A DNA stretch of 63,110 nt, filler included, from Octopus bimaculoides (taxonomy: Eukaryota): NCBI RefSeq assembly GCF_001194135.2. It is 3 parts of 3 records of this genome, joined end to end, with 100 filler letters (N's around TTAATTAATTAA, not from the genome) between each part and the next. Parts side by side here need not be neighbours in the genome. Positions count along the whole stretch, not along the records: positions 1 to 17,311 come from NC_068990.1; 2 more parts are not named here. One strand, given 5' to 3'. A program made the position numbers and the translations under genes. Shown here piece by piece: positions 1 through 12,824 of this stretch. Numbering within the stretch: the stretch's first letter is position 1; every line of letters starts with the position of its first letter. The notes beneath the pieces were generated by a model. That model worked only from the letters and a program-made list of their open reading frames with translations. It made no database searches and was not told the DNA's origin.

Positions 1-317
1 GGCGCACGTATGCGCCTTGCCGATCAGTTTCTCGATGACAAGCGCCAACCGCTTGGCTAAGACCTTGGCCTAAATTTTCAGGTCTGCATTGAGCAGAGTG
101 ATGGGCCTAAAGTTATCTATGACGTCTCCCTTGTTTGGATCTTTCTTCAGCAGCGTTACGGCTCCTCGGCTCACAAAACCGGGAATGCTCCCGTTTTGCT
201 GCCGTTTTGCTGCAGTACACCGCCACCAAGACGTCTCCAAACAAGTCTGGCATACAGTTGTAAAGCTCGTAGGGCAGACCATCCAAACCCGGAGTTTTGT
301 CCCTTGAGCATCCCGCC
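1..317 (-). mobile_element. Tx1/L1-like non-LTR retrotransposon, degenerate RT N-terminal fragment
   Basis: Minus strand reads KTPGLDGLPYELY..., then after a frameshift GAVTLLKKDPNKGDVIDNFRPITLLNADLKI*AKVLAKRLALVIEKLI. These are L1/Tx1 RT motifs with one premature stop. Confidence 0.85.
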
Positions 318-365
<48 letters not shown>

Positions 366-552
366 TCAAAAAGGACGAGGAGGAAACGTAAACAGAAGAA
401 GAAGAAGAAGAAGAAGAAGAAGAAGAAGAAGAAGAAGAAGAAGAAGAAGAAGAAGAAGAAGAAGAAGAAGAAGAAGAAGAAGAAGAAGAAGAAGAAGAAG
501 AAGAAGAAGAAGAAGAAGAACGAACGAACGAATGAATGAACGAACGAACGAA
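318..552. repeat. Compound microsatellite (AGAT)n + (GAA)n + (CGAA)n
   Basis: (AGAT)n at 318-365, pure (GAA)n at about 394-520, (CGAA)n at 521-552. Confidence 0.98.
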
Positions 553-2258
553 CATATGATTAAACAAAAATAATTGGCATAGACAAACAGAAACGAACCC
601 GTTATTGTGGGCTTCATATTTCAATATTCTCCTTTCTCATACTTATGGTCAAGTTACAAGCTCGATCTGAGTTCATATTTCAATGGCATCGCTTTCGATT
701 CGCCACCAAAAGCCTTTATTGATACTATGCAAACAAGTACCATGCTGATGATGATTCAACTGTATTCCAATACAAAGTATGACCATTGTTCAATCAAGTA
801 GGCCATTAGCCAAAAGGATTTGTCGTGTTTGGATACAGCGATTATGGTTCTAGTTTCAAATCTTATTGGGATTGGGTAAACATCTTATCTACAGTTAAGA
901 AAATAAGTTCCAATGAATTAGTAGATCAACTTTAACGACTATTCTTTAATCTCAAGTTTTCAGATATTCCTTTCAATAGTAGCAAGTAGTTTGATATAGT
1001 CAGAGAAATTGTATTTTTATAACGTTAGGAAGGGGTTCTTGAATTATTGTATAAGTCAAGTACTGGCATCTAGACTGTCCCTACCAATGATTCATTGTGC
1101 CAATGCTGGAAGTGATTACTTGGGTTATCGTGTGAAATGGTTTGGAACAAAGTTTTCAGTGAACTGAGACAGTCTGCTTTCGATTCTCGCTTGAGAACTG
1201 TTTCAGTGCCCTGAAGAAGTTCATTATAAGGATAAATCGCTGTTTCTTTTCTCTGTATTTTGTGTCCATTTAAGAATAGTTAAAGAACTTTACCATCATC
1301 ACCATCACTTTCGTTGTTATCGTCGTTGTAGTTATAAAAGAAGCGTTTCAAAATCTTATTGCTGCCCTCAAAAAATGCGACCTGTTTTAGTGTTATTAGA
1401 TACAAAAGAACCTCAATTCTATTTTCTTTTTTTTTTTGTTCTACTGTGTTTTACTTCTAATTTATTCTGCATACTATTTCTTTAATTTTTTTAATTCTCC
1501 ACCGCCAAATTTAACACCACCTTTCTTTATATTTCTCCTTATATATTTTTTTTTCTTTTCACATACTTTACATTTTTTTCCTTTCTTTTGTGTAATATTT
1601 CATCATTGTTTCTGCTACAGGCGAAAATTTCAGGAGAATAAGAAAATAGGGGAATAAAAATCGTCCAGAGTGAAGAATATTTTTTAAACCAAATTGCAAC
1701 ACAGAAACTTGCTTTAGGCCAACTCGGTTTTATTAATTTTTAACGGCCATCTTAAATTTTATCTGCTGCTCCAGTGAATCGCATTAAAGTCAAGTAGAGC
1801 CCTAGAGAGAAAATGTTTTAAAGATTTCCCTATTTCTTATCCATTGTTTTATACTTCTTATTTTTCACACATTTAAAAATAAAATATATAATCTTATATA
1901 CCTATTTCTAATTCCTTCAAGGAAGACATAGGTGTCCATGTTGTAGAAAGTATTTTTGTTGTTTTTTACACACATTTGTTTATTGTTTTGACATTTATCG
2001 CTGGTATTAATGTTTGCATATTTGAATGAAAAAGCAATGCAAGAAAAATTAAAATGAAAATGAATAAAATACAAAAAATAAATAACATTAAAAATATTGT
2101 AAAAATAACAAAAATACACAAACTAACCCTACAAAGATACAACATTTTACGTTATTAAAAATAAAATGAGCTAACGTATTTTATTGAAAACATCTTTCAG
2201 TTTACAATCCGATGTTACATATATATACATATATACATATATACATATCTACCAACAC

Positions 2259-2319
<61 letters not shown>

Positions 2320-3106
2320 NNNNNNNNNNNNNNNNNNNNNNNNNNNNNNNNNNNNNNNNNNNTGCATTTATGTATATGTGTGTGTGTATATATCTTCAGA
2401 TTCTTTATTATTAGTTGCAAATTCTGACAAAGTACGTATGACAAGAATAAAAAAGTAAAATAGATTTTAGAACTAGATGAAAAGAAAAAACAAAAATTTC
2501 ATCGAAATTTTCTTTATTATTCTTTTTTATTTTTTAGTTTATTTTCAGTTGTTCAGTTGTTTGTTTGCGATTGTGTGTGGTTTTGTGTGAGTGTGCTGGA
2601 AGTGTTGTCACAGTGCAACGGCAGAAAAATAATGATGACCGACGAAAAATAAACAATACGTTGATCAGAAAATATAAGACTATATATATGTAAGTGAATA
2701 CATGTATGTGTATTACACGCAAAATAAAACAATATAGCTAAAGGTGTCTACATTTTTTTCCTGAGATTTATTATGATTTTTCAGTCGTTGGTTTGTAGAG
2801 TTTGCTTGAAAATGGAAGATTTATTGATGCCTAAGGTGGTTTTTTGAATCAACATTTAACTTTCGAACACCAGCGTTGAAGCTCACGCCAATTTATAACG
2901 CTTCTATAACAATTCAAATTTCTTTCTGGGTTTAATTGCTTTGTCTTTTAAGCAATCTACATATACAATATATATACTTATTCATACATATATACATGTG
3001 TGCGTGTGTGAACGTTTATATCAATACATAGTCGCATATGCATTCATACATTTATGCATATGTCTGTATATGTGTGTGTATGCATGTATTTACACATGTA
3101 TATATT

Positions 3107-3169
<63 letters not shown>

Positions 3170-4079
3170 NNNNNNNNNNNNNNNNNNNNNNNNNNNNNNN
3201 NNNNNNNNNNNNNNNNNNNNNNNNNNNNNNNNNNNNNNNNNNNNNNNNNNNNNNNNNNNNNNNNNNNNNNNNNNNNNNNNNNNNNNNNNNNNNNNNNNNN
3301 NNNNNNNNNNNNNNNNNNNNNNNNNNNNNNNNNNNNNNNNNNNNNNNNNNNNNNNNNNNNNNNNNNNNNNNNNNNNNNNNNNNNNNNNNNNNNNNNNNNN
3401 NNNNNNNNNNNNNNNNNNNNNNNNNNNNNNNNNNNNNNNNNNNNNNNNNNNNNNNNNNNNNNNNNNNNNNNNNNNNNNNNNNNNNNNNNNNNNNNNNNNN
3501 NNNNNNNNNNNNNNNNNNNNNNNNNNNNNNNNNNNNNNNNNNNNNNNNNNNNNNNNNNNNNNNNNNNNNNNNNNNNNNNNNNNNNNNNNNNNNNNNNNNN
3601 NNNNNNNNNNNNNNNNNNNNNNNNNNNNNNNNNNNNNNNNNNNNNNNNNNNNNNNNNNNNNNNNNNNNNNNNNNNNNNNNNNNNNNNNNNNNNNNNNNNT
3701 GAATCAACATTTAACTTTCGAACACCAGCGTTGAAGCTCACGCCAATTTATAACGCTTCTATAACAATTCAAATTTCTTTCTGGGTTTAATTGCTTTGTC
3801 TTTTAAGCAATCTACATATACAATATATATACTTATTCATACATATATACATGTGTGCGTGTGTGAACGTTTATATCAATACATAGTCGCATATGCATTC
3901 ATACATTTATGCATATGTCTGTATATGTGTGTGTATGCATGTAGGTAGGTAGGTCGGTAGGTAGGTAGATAGGTAGGTATTGGTACGATAAGTGGTGGTA
4001 AAATATGTGGGAAAATAGTACTGTTATTTTCATTATTTATTTTAATTGCCGATGGTGTTACAGTTGTTTTTGCAAACTT

Positions 4080-5360
4080 GTTTTAAGTGATGGCTGAGAT
4101 TAGTCGCTTGTCAGCAAAGTTATTTTAAGGCTCTAGGCTTCTTGTCAACGTTTGCTCTCACTAAGGGGCTAGTATCGAGCACGAACGATGATGTTCTTAG
4201 GAAATTTGTGGGCATCAAGGAAAAGCGATAGTGGTATCTTTTCTGAAGAAACTCAGCCCGGTGCCCAGGGATTGCGAACAAGTTCAAGGAATCCATGACC
4301 AGGCAATGCTAATGGATCGGCAGTATTGAATGCTTCAGATTACATCTATAGTATCGAAGTCGGAACTCTTTGAGATTTGAACCAAATACGAAACCGCCTT
4401 CCATGCAGACAAAGTGTGTCTGAGTTTTTCATATTTGTGGGCTTATATCAAGCTGTTGTCGCTGCATGGTGGCATTTCCTGTTTTGCCAATTTCCTTTGT
4501 AACATCATTCATTCGTCATCTTTCTATAAGTAATGTACAAAATGTTGTTGTTGGTACTCCGTCGCTTACGACGTCGAGGGTTCCAGTTGATCCGATCAAT
4601 GGAACAGCCTGCTAATTAAATCAGCATGCAAGTGGCTGAGCACTCCACAGACACGTGTACCCTTAACGTAGTTCTCGGGGATATTCAGTGTGACACAGTG
4701 TGACAAGGCTGACCCATTGAATTACAGGCACAACAGAAAGAGGAAGTAAGAGAAAGTTGTGGAGAAAGAGTATAGCAGGGTTCGCCACCATCCCCTTGCC
4801 GGAGCCTCGTGGAGCTTTAGGTGTTTTCGCTCAAGAAACACTCACAACGCCCGGTCTGGGAATCGAAACCGCGAGTCCGCTGCCCTGACCACTGGGTCAT
4901 TGCGCCTCCACAATGAACAAAATAATTATTATTGAAAAAAATAATTGAGGGTGGAGAGAGAAGTGCTGTCCTCGAGTGAGTTTATTGAAAGGTGGGTGAA
5001 AGCTACGAAAATAGCAAGAGCGTCTGGTACCTCTCTCAGTGTAGACCTGTGAGTCAGAGAAAGGAAGTGAAGAGGGCACTTGCACTTGGTGTTCAGGGAA
5101 ATCTCGGACAGTGGGTTTCCTTGATTATCCCTAAAGATCCTCCTGTATCAGGAGGGCTACATCTCTATCATCCTCCTCCCCACCTTTTTTGTTAACCTTT
5201 GCGTACTATGTATATGTCCCTTCTTTTTCATTCTATACTTTGGATACTTTTATTTGATAATTAATGTTTTTCATTTCATTATTTGTAAACCCCCACACTT
5301 CATGTCTGTCTTTGTATTGCCATCCTCATCTTTCACCCTGGTGGCAGATAAATGAAATCA
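4080..5360 (+). mobile_element. Tx1-like LINE 3' fragment (ORF2 C-terminus and 3' UTR), interrupted by a SINE
   Basis: 4160-4520 translates KGLVSSTNDDVLRKFVG...NKFKESMTRQC...LWAYI. 4945-5050 translates LRVEREVLSSSEFIERWVKA. Both are homologous to the copy at 7220-8160. The 3' UTR (tgtaaacccccacac...gtctgtctttgt) also matches that copy. Confidence 0.65.
4540..4912 (-). mobile_element. tRNA-derived SINE nested in the Tx1 fragment
   Basis: Minus strand begins tggaggcgcaatgacccagtggtcagggcagcggac...tttcgattcccagacc (A-box/B-box-like head) and ends in a (CAA)n tail. Confidence 0.8.
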
Positions 5361-5380
5361 TTATTATTATTATTATTATT

Positions 5381-6210
5381 GTTCAGTAGTTTTCTTTTTA
5401 TAACGTGCTTTCACTTCACTACCGAGCGCAGCTCTGTGCGCCTTGGGTATGTGCTGTGGTTTGCTGTGATGCTCTTATGGTTACTGTATGTGTGCAGTGC
5501 CCAGTAGTGCAATTTTCTGTATGTTATATATATTTGTAAGTCCTGGTGTTTTTGTTATGTATTTGTCTGAATATTTTTTTATTATACCTAAGGCACCTAC
5601 TATAATAGGAATTGTTTCAGTTTTTAGATTCTACATTCGAGTTACCTCTATTTCCAGGTCTTTGGATTTTGAAAGTTTTTCCATTTCTTTTAGAGAAACG
5701 TTATCATCTGCTGNNNNNNNNNNNNNNNNNNNNNNNNNNNNNNNNNNNNNNNNNNNNNNNNNNNNNNNNNNNNNNNNNNNNNNNNNNNNNNNNNNNNNNN
5801 NNNNNNNNNNNNNNNNNNNNNNNNNNNNNNNNNNNNNNNNNNNNNNNNNNNNNNNNNNNNNNNNNNNNNNNNNNNNNNNNNNNNNNNNNNNNNNNNNNNN
5901 NNNNNNNNNNNNNNNNNNNNNNNNNNNNNNNNNNNNNNNNNNNNNNNNNNNNNNNNNNNNNNNNNNNNNNNNNNNNNNNNNNNNNNNNNNNNNNNNNNNN
6001 NNNNNNNNNNNNNNNNNNNNNNNNNNNNNNNNNNNNNTAATATGATTTATTGTTTCTTGTCCATCTCCACATATTCTACAGTTACTTGTTATGTTTCTTT
6101 TCATTATATGATTTTGGTAATTTCTGGTGGGGAGGCTTTGGTCTTGTGCAGCAATTAAAAATCCTTCAGTCTCTGCTTTGAGTCCTGAGCTTCTCAACCA
6201 TTGCTGAGAT

Positions 6211-6212
<2 letters not shown>
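5381..6212 (-). mobile_element. R4/Dong-like (restriction-like endonuclease) non-LTR retrotransposon 3' fragment
   Basis: SQQWLRSSGLKAETEGFLIAAQDQSLPTRNYQ...CRICGDGQETINHI (CCHC knuckle) ... KEMEKLSKSKDLEIEVTRM, then IPIIVGALGII...IQKIALLGTAHI. Flanked by (TAA)n on both sides. An N gap lies inside. Confidence 0.85.
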
Positions 6213-6300
<88 letters not shown>

Positions 6301-6301
6301 A

Positions 6302-6712
6302 GGCAACGAGCTGGCAGAATCGTTAGCACGCCGGACGAAATGCTTAGCAGTATTTCGTCCGTTATTACGTTCTGAGTTCAAATTCTGTCGAGGTCGACTT
6401 TGTCTTTCACCCTTTCAAGGTCGATAAATTAAGTACCAGTTTTGTACTGAATCGATTTAATCGACTGGCCCCCTCCCCAAAAATCTCAGGCCTTGTGCCT
6501 AGAGTAGAAAATAATCGTTTAACACGGTGGACGAAATGTTTAGCGCTATTTCGCCCGTCGCTACATTCCGAGTTCAAATTCCGCCGACGTCTACTTTGCC
6601 TTTCATCCTTTCGGGGTCGGTAAATTAAGTACCGGTTGAGTACTTGAGTCGATGCAATCGACTTAACCCTCCCCCACCACCAATTTCAGGCCTTGTGCCT
6701 ATAACACAAAGG

Positions 6713-6715
<3 letters not shown>
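6302..6715 (+). mobile_element. Two tandem tRNA-derived SINEs (family B; central gcctttcatcctttcggggtcgataaattaagtaccag domain)
   Basis: Head ggcaacgagctggcagaatcgttagcacgccgg and B-box-like gagttcaaat. The central domain resembles the MetaSINE-type core (from memory). Copies at about 6302-6512 and 6520-6715. Confidence 0.85.
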
Positions 6716-6800
<85 letters not shown>

Positions 6801-7219
6801 ATATATAGCGGCGGCGGCGGCGGTGGTCGTCGTCGTCGTCGTCGTGGCAGTAGTATTGATTCCGTGTCTGTCTCCTGCCGCCGACCCTAAGCTCACCTCC
6901 AAGAAAATCACTATATGAAATAACAGCAACAGCAACAATAAACAAAATGATACAAGTAGACAGCAACGTAACATTTACCCTATAAACAAATCAACAGTGA
7001 GTTAATGATGTACATGGGGAAAACATGAAGACGAAGTGTCAACAGAACCGGAAGATTTTGAAAAATTCGCCCACAAAACACCTAAAGACAGATTGTTGAT
7101 ATAAACGTCATGTGACATTCATAATACTCTCTGGGACAATTTCCCAGAGTCTGCTAGAAATTTTAGAAAAATTGTAAATATGACATTCTTTATTGGACAC
7201 CTGACATCTGAAATATCAC

Positions 7220-8160
7220 CAGGCGCTCACTGTTCTTTACCAGTCGTGTAACAGAGTCTGTCAAATTTCTACGGTTGCAATATATAGAAATCTAGTGGTG
7301 GGTAAGAGCGATAAAGTTCTCGGAGAAGCTCCAGACTTCTCCGAAGATGAACTAGCTTGTATAATTCGGAGGAGTTTCGGACCATGTACTACGATGGATA
7401 ACTTCCAAAAATCCTTCGCCTGGCAGCGCTACCGGGGAGCTCTACCAGTTTGAGATAAACTCTACAGGCACTGAAGTGCTATCAGGTTGAACTGTCTGAG
7501 GTACACGCAGAGCGACGAAATTGTTCCGCATACACTTCTGCAGTGTCCATGTATTGCTGACTTGTGGAGTTATGTAGAAGAGCTGTAGGACGAATCCAAC
7601 TATCAGCCGAATTCATCGTGACGATCTCCCCACTGCCAACCTTTAACAAGGCAAGACAGGTGTTCTTCAGTCTAGTGGCTCTGACGAAAGAGGCTGTGCT
7701 GTGGGCGTGGCTGAAAGCAATGAGGAAAGACACCTTTCTTTTCAGTCAAGCTCTCATCGGCTTTATTAACTCCTACTTGGAAATGAAAGTGAGAGTAGAG
7801 AAGGAAGTGCTACATCCCAGTGAAGTTGTGAAAAGATGGGTGACAGTAGCGTAAATGGTTAGACTGAATGGCTCTACTCTAAGAATACGCTTGTAGATTG
7901 GAGAGCAGGAGAGAGGGCTCGTGCTTTTGGTGGTCAAGGTAATCCTGGATCTGTAGGGTTTTTTGATTGGCCTTAGCTGGAGTTTCAGAAGGACTGCATC
8001 TTTCATGTTATGACATACTTTATATATTCTGTTTAATCTTATTGCAATTCATAATCTTTTCCATTTCTATCTCTCTATCTTTTATGTAAATCCCCCACAC
8101 AAATTGTTGTCTGTCCTTGTGATGTCCCCCTCATTTATGCCGCAGTGGCTAATAAAAGAA
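7220..8160 (+). mobile_element. Tx1-like LINE 3' end (zinc-knuckle region, ORF2 C-terminus, 3' UTR)
   Basis: FQKSFAWQRYRGALPV*DKLYRH...CLRYTQSDEIVPHTLLQCPCIADLWSY, then the supplied ORF 7564-7854 (...KVRVEKEVLHPSEVVKRWVTVA). AATAAA at 8151, followed by a (TTA)n(TAG)n tail. Confidence 0.8.
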
Positions 8161-8186
8161 TAATGATAAAAAATTATTATTATTAT

Positions 8187-8241
<55 letters not shown>

Positions 8242-9236
8242 TCTAAAGGTAAGATAATCACCATCAATAATCATCATCACCACTACCAGGCCACTATCAA
8301 GCTCCGCTTCTGCCTCTTCTCTTCCTCCTCCTCACCATCATCGTCGTTTTCATCATCTTCATATTAATCATCGTTTTCTTTTTCTCACTTGATATTTATT
8401 GTCTTCGCACTCATTTTCGTCTTCATATACGTTTTACCTCAAGGGTGCGCATCCATAACTACACACACACACACACACACACACACACCTGCGCGCGCGC
8501 ACACACATACTCACACACGCATGTAGATGTATATATGTGTGTGTGTATTACATACAGAGAGGAAGACAGAGATACAGACAGAGAAAGAGAAGCATCCATG
8601 CATACATACATATTATAAGCATTTATACAAACACATAAGTATATATATANNNNNNNNNNNNNNNNNNNNNNNNNNNNNNNNNNNNNNNNNNNNNNNNNNN
8701 NNNNNNNNNNNNNNNNNNNNNNNNNNNNNNNNNNNNNNNNNNNNNNNNNNNNNNNNNNNNNNNNNNNNNNNNNNNNNNNNNNNNNNNNNNNNNNNNNNNN
8801 NNNNNNNNNNNNNNNNNNNNNNNNNNNNNNNNNNNNNNNNNNNNNNNNNNNNNNNNNNNNNNNNNNNNNNNNNNNNNNNNNNNNNNNNNNNNNNNNNNNN
8901 NNNNNNNNNNNNNNNNNNNNNNNNNNNNNNNNNNNNNNNNNNNNNNNNNNNNNNNNNNNNNNNNNNNNNNNNNNNNNNNNNNNNNNNNNNNNNNNNNNNN
9001 NNNNNNNNNNNNNNNNNNNNNNNNNNNNNNNNNNNNNNNNNNNNNNNNNNNNNNNNNNNNNNNNNNNNNNNNNNNNNNNATTTGAAATTACCTAACTTTC
9101 GGCTGTCGAAGGAGCTCTTGAATAAATATTTTAGTTCATTTACCATTGGTGTTTGTATGTATGTATGTATGTATGTATGCATGTATATATATATATGTAT
9201 ATTTTTGTGTATGATAAGCAAATGTAATATGTATGC

Positions 9237-9279
<43 letters not shown>

Positions 9280-9623
9280 TGTATAAGTGTATGTATACTT
9301 ATTTACGTATCGCTGTTTAACAGTGTCCGTGTGTCTTTTACAAAACAGGATAAGCCCCAGGGATTTAAGAATAGTAAGAAATAGAATAAACTCTACTTTA
9401 ATCACTTCTTATTTTATTTTACATACGCGTGCACACAGTAACGCAAACACACACACACAAACACAAAAACATACACACATATAAAAAAAACATACATGCT
9501 CATGCTCGCAGAAGAGTACATACACCCCTGCGTGTTCTCTTGCGTGTATGTGTCTATATATGTATATGGGTGCACATGTAAGTATATGTATTGTGTACGC
9601 TTGTACGTACACAATGACACAGC

Positions 9624-9676
<53 letters not shown>

Positions 9677-9934
9677 GTTTTTATGTTTAATGATAATGAA
9701 TGTAATATCTGCTATCGCTAATATTTCTATATGATTTCTTTGTATTGCTGTGACTATTTACTATGGCCATTGGGCAGTGGGGGTATCAATTATATTTTAT
9801 ATTATTTGCTGAAGCTTAAGGAACATACTTCAATACCGCAACAACAATAACTAGAATTAGAACAGCAAAATAACAACAATGATAAATGCAAAAACAAAAA
9901 AACAATCAGATCACCATTATTGGTCAGCACCACC

Positions 9935-10245
9935 ACCAACAGCAACAGTAGCAACAACAACGACATCAACAAGGAGTGCATCAACACAGAAACTAGAAAA
10001 GAACAACAACAGCAGCAGCATCATTATCAAGACCGACGAACAATGATGTCAATAAATAACTTGCAAATCCTCACCACTACCATTATCGTCATTGTCATCG
10101 TCATCACCACCACCATCATCGTTATCATCATCGTCATCGTCAGCATCATCATCACCATCATCATCATCATCGTCATCATCATCCTCATCGTCAGCACCAC
10201 TACCTCCAACACCACTACCACCACCACCATCATCATCATCATCCT
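9935..10245. repeat. Mosaic trinucleotide repeat (CAA/CAG/CAT/CAC)n
   Basis: Degenerate CAN-triplet run that generates several overlapping homopolymeric ORFs. Confidence 0.9.
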
Positions 10246-11587
10246 TCTTCCTTCTCTGCAAAAGCAGCAGCCTCGATGAATTCAAGAAAGGTTCTGTAAT
10301 TTAAACGAAACTATAACACCAGCACTAAATATTGCCACCACTCACACTACCACAACAATTACAAGGCTCATTTTATAAAACTACTGCCAACAACCGACAA
10401 CGGAGCGTTTATTCAATCGCTCTACCTTCCAGTAATTACCACCAAATTTCACCAAATTACACTCTGGCTATGGACATGGCTTGTGACCACTGGAGTGCTT
10501 TTGTTCATATGCATGATTCATTACAGCATGTGACTTTAGGCTATCGAACAACCTTCTGGAAATAGCAGGCACACTTTCTCTGAAATCACTTTCCCATGTG
10601 CTAATACGGGAAGGTAACAGTTTGACTGCTTGCTTTTGTGGTATTGGTAAAAATTGATGTAGATAACACTGATGAGAACACAATAAAGTCCGAAAATCGA
10701 TTGAGGCTGTTCATCAATTTTCAGTCTACGGATATATAGCTAATGCATGCATGGATCAATTTCGTAATATTGATATTAACGTAGCGATATGTATATATGT
10801 ACGAAAAGAATTCCTCGCAATATAAATAAATAAAAAATACATGCAGTTTCTAACGTAATTCTCACACTGATTCAGCTTGAGAATTACGTTTAGGTTTCAG
10901 CACAAAATTTATTTTCCATTGCTTTCTGCCAGTGTTTAACGTATCTGATAGGAACGGACGTACAATTCTATTCAATGGACCCAGCTTCTCTATATCACAC
11001 AGTTCAGTGGCCAACCTGAGATTATAAACAAGACACCTAATCATGGTGATCGAACCAGTTTCAAACAAAGAACCACGTGTTTTTTAAGCGAACGCCTTAA
11101 ACATGCTGTTATGTCTACGCTTAGGATTTGTATATACATACAAATACACACACGCACTTACATAATATAAGTATATAGATATATGTGTATACATATAAAT
11201 GTGTATATATATACATATACATACATATACACATGTATATACATGTAGATGTATTTATATAACATTAAATATGCGTCGTATGCATATGTATTCTACTTAA
11301 GGTTTCGTATGCAAGTATTCATGCGCGAAAAGAAATAATTAAATATTCACCACATTGATATTAGCCGTAGTGTTACTGAGAGAATATATTCCGAAGACTA
11401 TTTGAACATGGGCATGATTCATATCTAACTAGATTATTTCACTCTCTTCATCTTAGGGCACGATTTAAGTAGTTCGTTAAATAATAATTGAGGCGTCTTT
11501 TCAAGTATTAATTTCTGTTTTCTATCAATATATCTATCTATTTATGCATTTATCTACCTATTTGAACATATGAGTTTCTGTACGTGC

Positions 11588-11634
<47 letters not shown>

Positions 11635-11903
11635 ATGCACATATATAAGTAGGTATGCATGTATATGTGCAAGTATCTATGAGTGTGTTCAGGTATTTAC
11701 GTTTATCTATATAGATATGTATATGTGTGTATGTGTGTATACACATATATATGTGCATACATACATATATACATATATATTGTGTCTATTGCATATATAT
11801 ACTGTGAAATCTATCAACTAATTGAGGAATCGCAATCTAATTTTACTTTGCTTTGCCTTCTATGTGTAACTATGTGTGTGTGTGTGTATGTACGCATCTA
11901 GGA

Positions 11904-11955
<52 letters not shown>

Positions 11956-11986
11956 NNNNNNNNNNNNNNNNNNNNNNNNNNNNNNN

Positions 11987-12025
<39 letters not shown>

Positions 12026-12026
12026 C

Positions 12027-12081
<55 letters not shown>

Positions 12082-12246
12082 TACAATCATGCATGCATAT
12101 ATGTATACGACGTAGCCAGAATACTCCCCAAGACGCATATATATGTCGCAAACATATATTACATGCATCAGACAGTTTCCAATTAACATTCATTTCTTCT
12201 TTTCCTCAGACGCTAACTTCTTCTTCAAATGTATGTATGTATGTGG

Positions 12247-12282
<36 letters not shown>

Positions 12283-12778
12283 NNNNNNNNNNNNNNNNNN
12301 NNNNNNNNNNNNNNNNNNNNNNNNNNNNNNNNNNNNNNNNNNNNNNNNNNNNNNNNNNNNNNNNNNNNNNNNNNNNNNNNNNNNNNNNNNNNNNNNNNNN
12401 NNNNNNNNNNNNNNNNNNNNNNNNNNNNNNNNNNNNNNNNNNNNNNNNNNNNNNNNNNNNNNNNNNNNNNNNNNNNNNNNNNNNNNNNNNNNNNNNNNNN
12501 NNNNNNNNNNNNNNNNNNNNNNNNNNNNNNNNNNNNNNNNNTATCTGGTACCAAGAATCTTAATATATTACTGATGAAATCCCAACGCTTGTTTGAAACC
12601 AGTCTGGTTTCAAATAAAAAAGTAAATATGTAATGAGGAATGATTTTTTTTTTTAATGATGCTATCGTACCCGAGCATATTACGTCTAGGCATTGCTTTC
12701 ATCGTTTAGCTATTTGATCAGGGTTGATCAGATATTAGTTAATAACGATGGTGATAACGATGGTGATGATGATGAATG

Positions 12779-12824
<46 letters not shown>

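Noticed and set aside
556-1300. Non-repetitive stretch that reads protein-like in places (YHADD, DYLGYRV, YWDW)
   Set aside because: Translated by hand in all six frames. Stops occur at about background frequency (e.g. 12 in about 240 codons), and no coherent family motif set appears in one frame, even allowing alternative codes.
2846-3943. Identical 243-bp direct duplication (2846-3088 and 3701-3943) flanking an N gap
   Set aside because: A perfect copy on both sides of a gap is typical of unmerged contig overlap or haplotype duplication. Long reads are needed before calling it biological.
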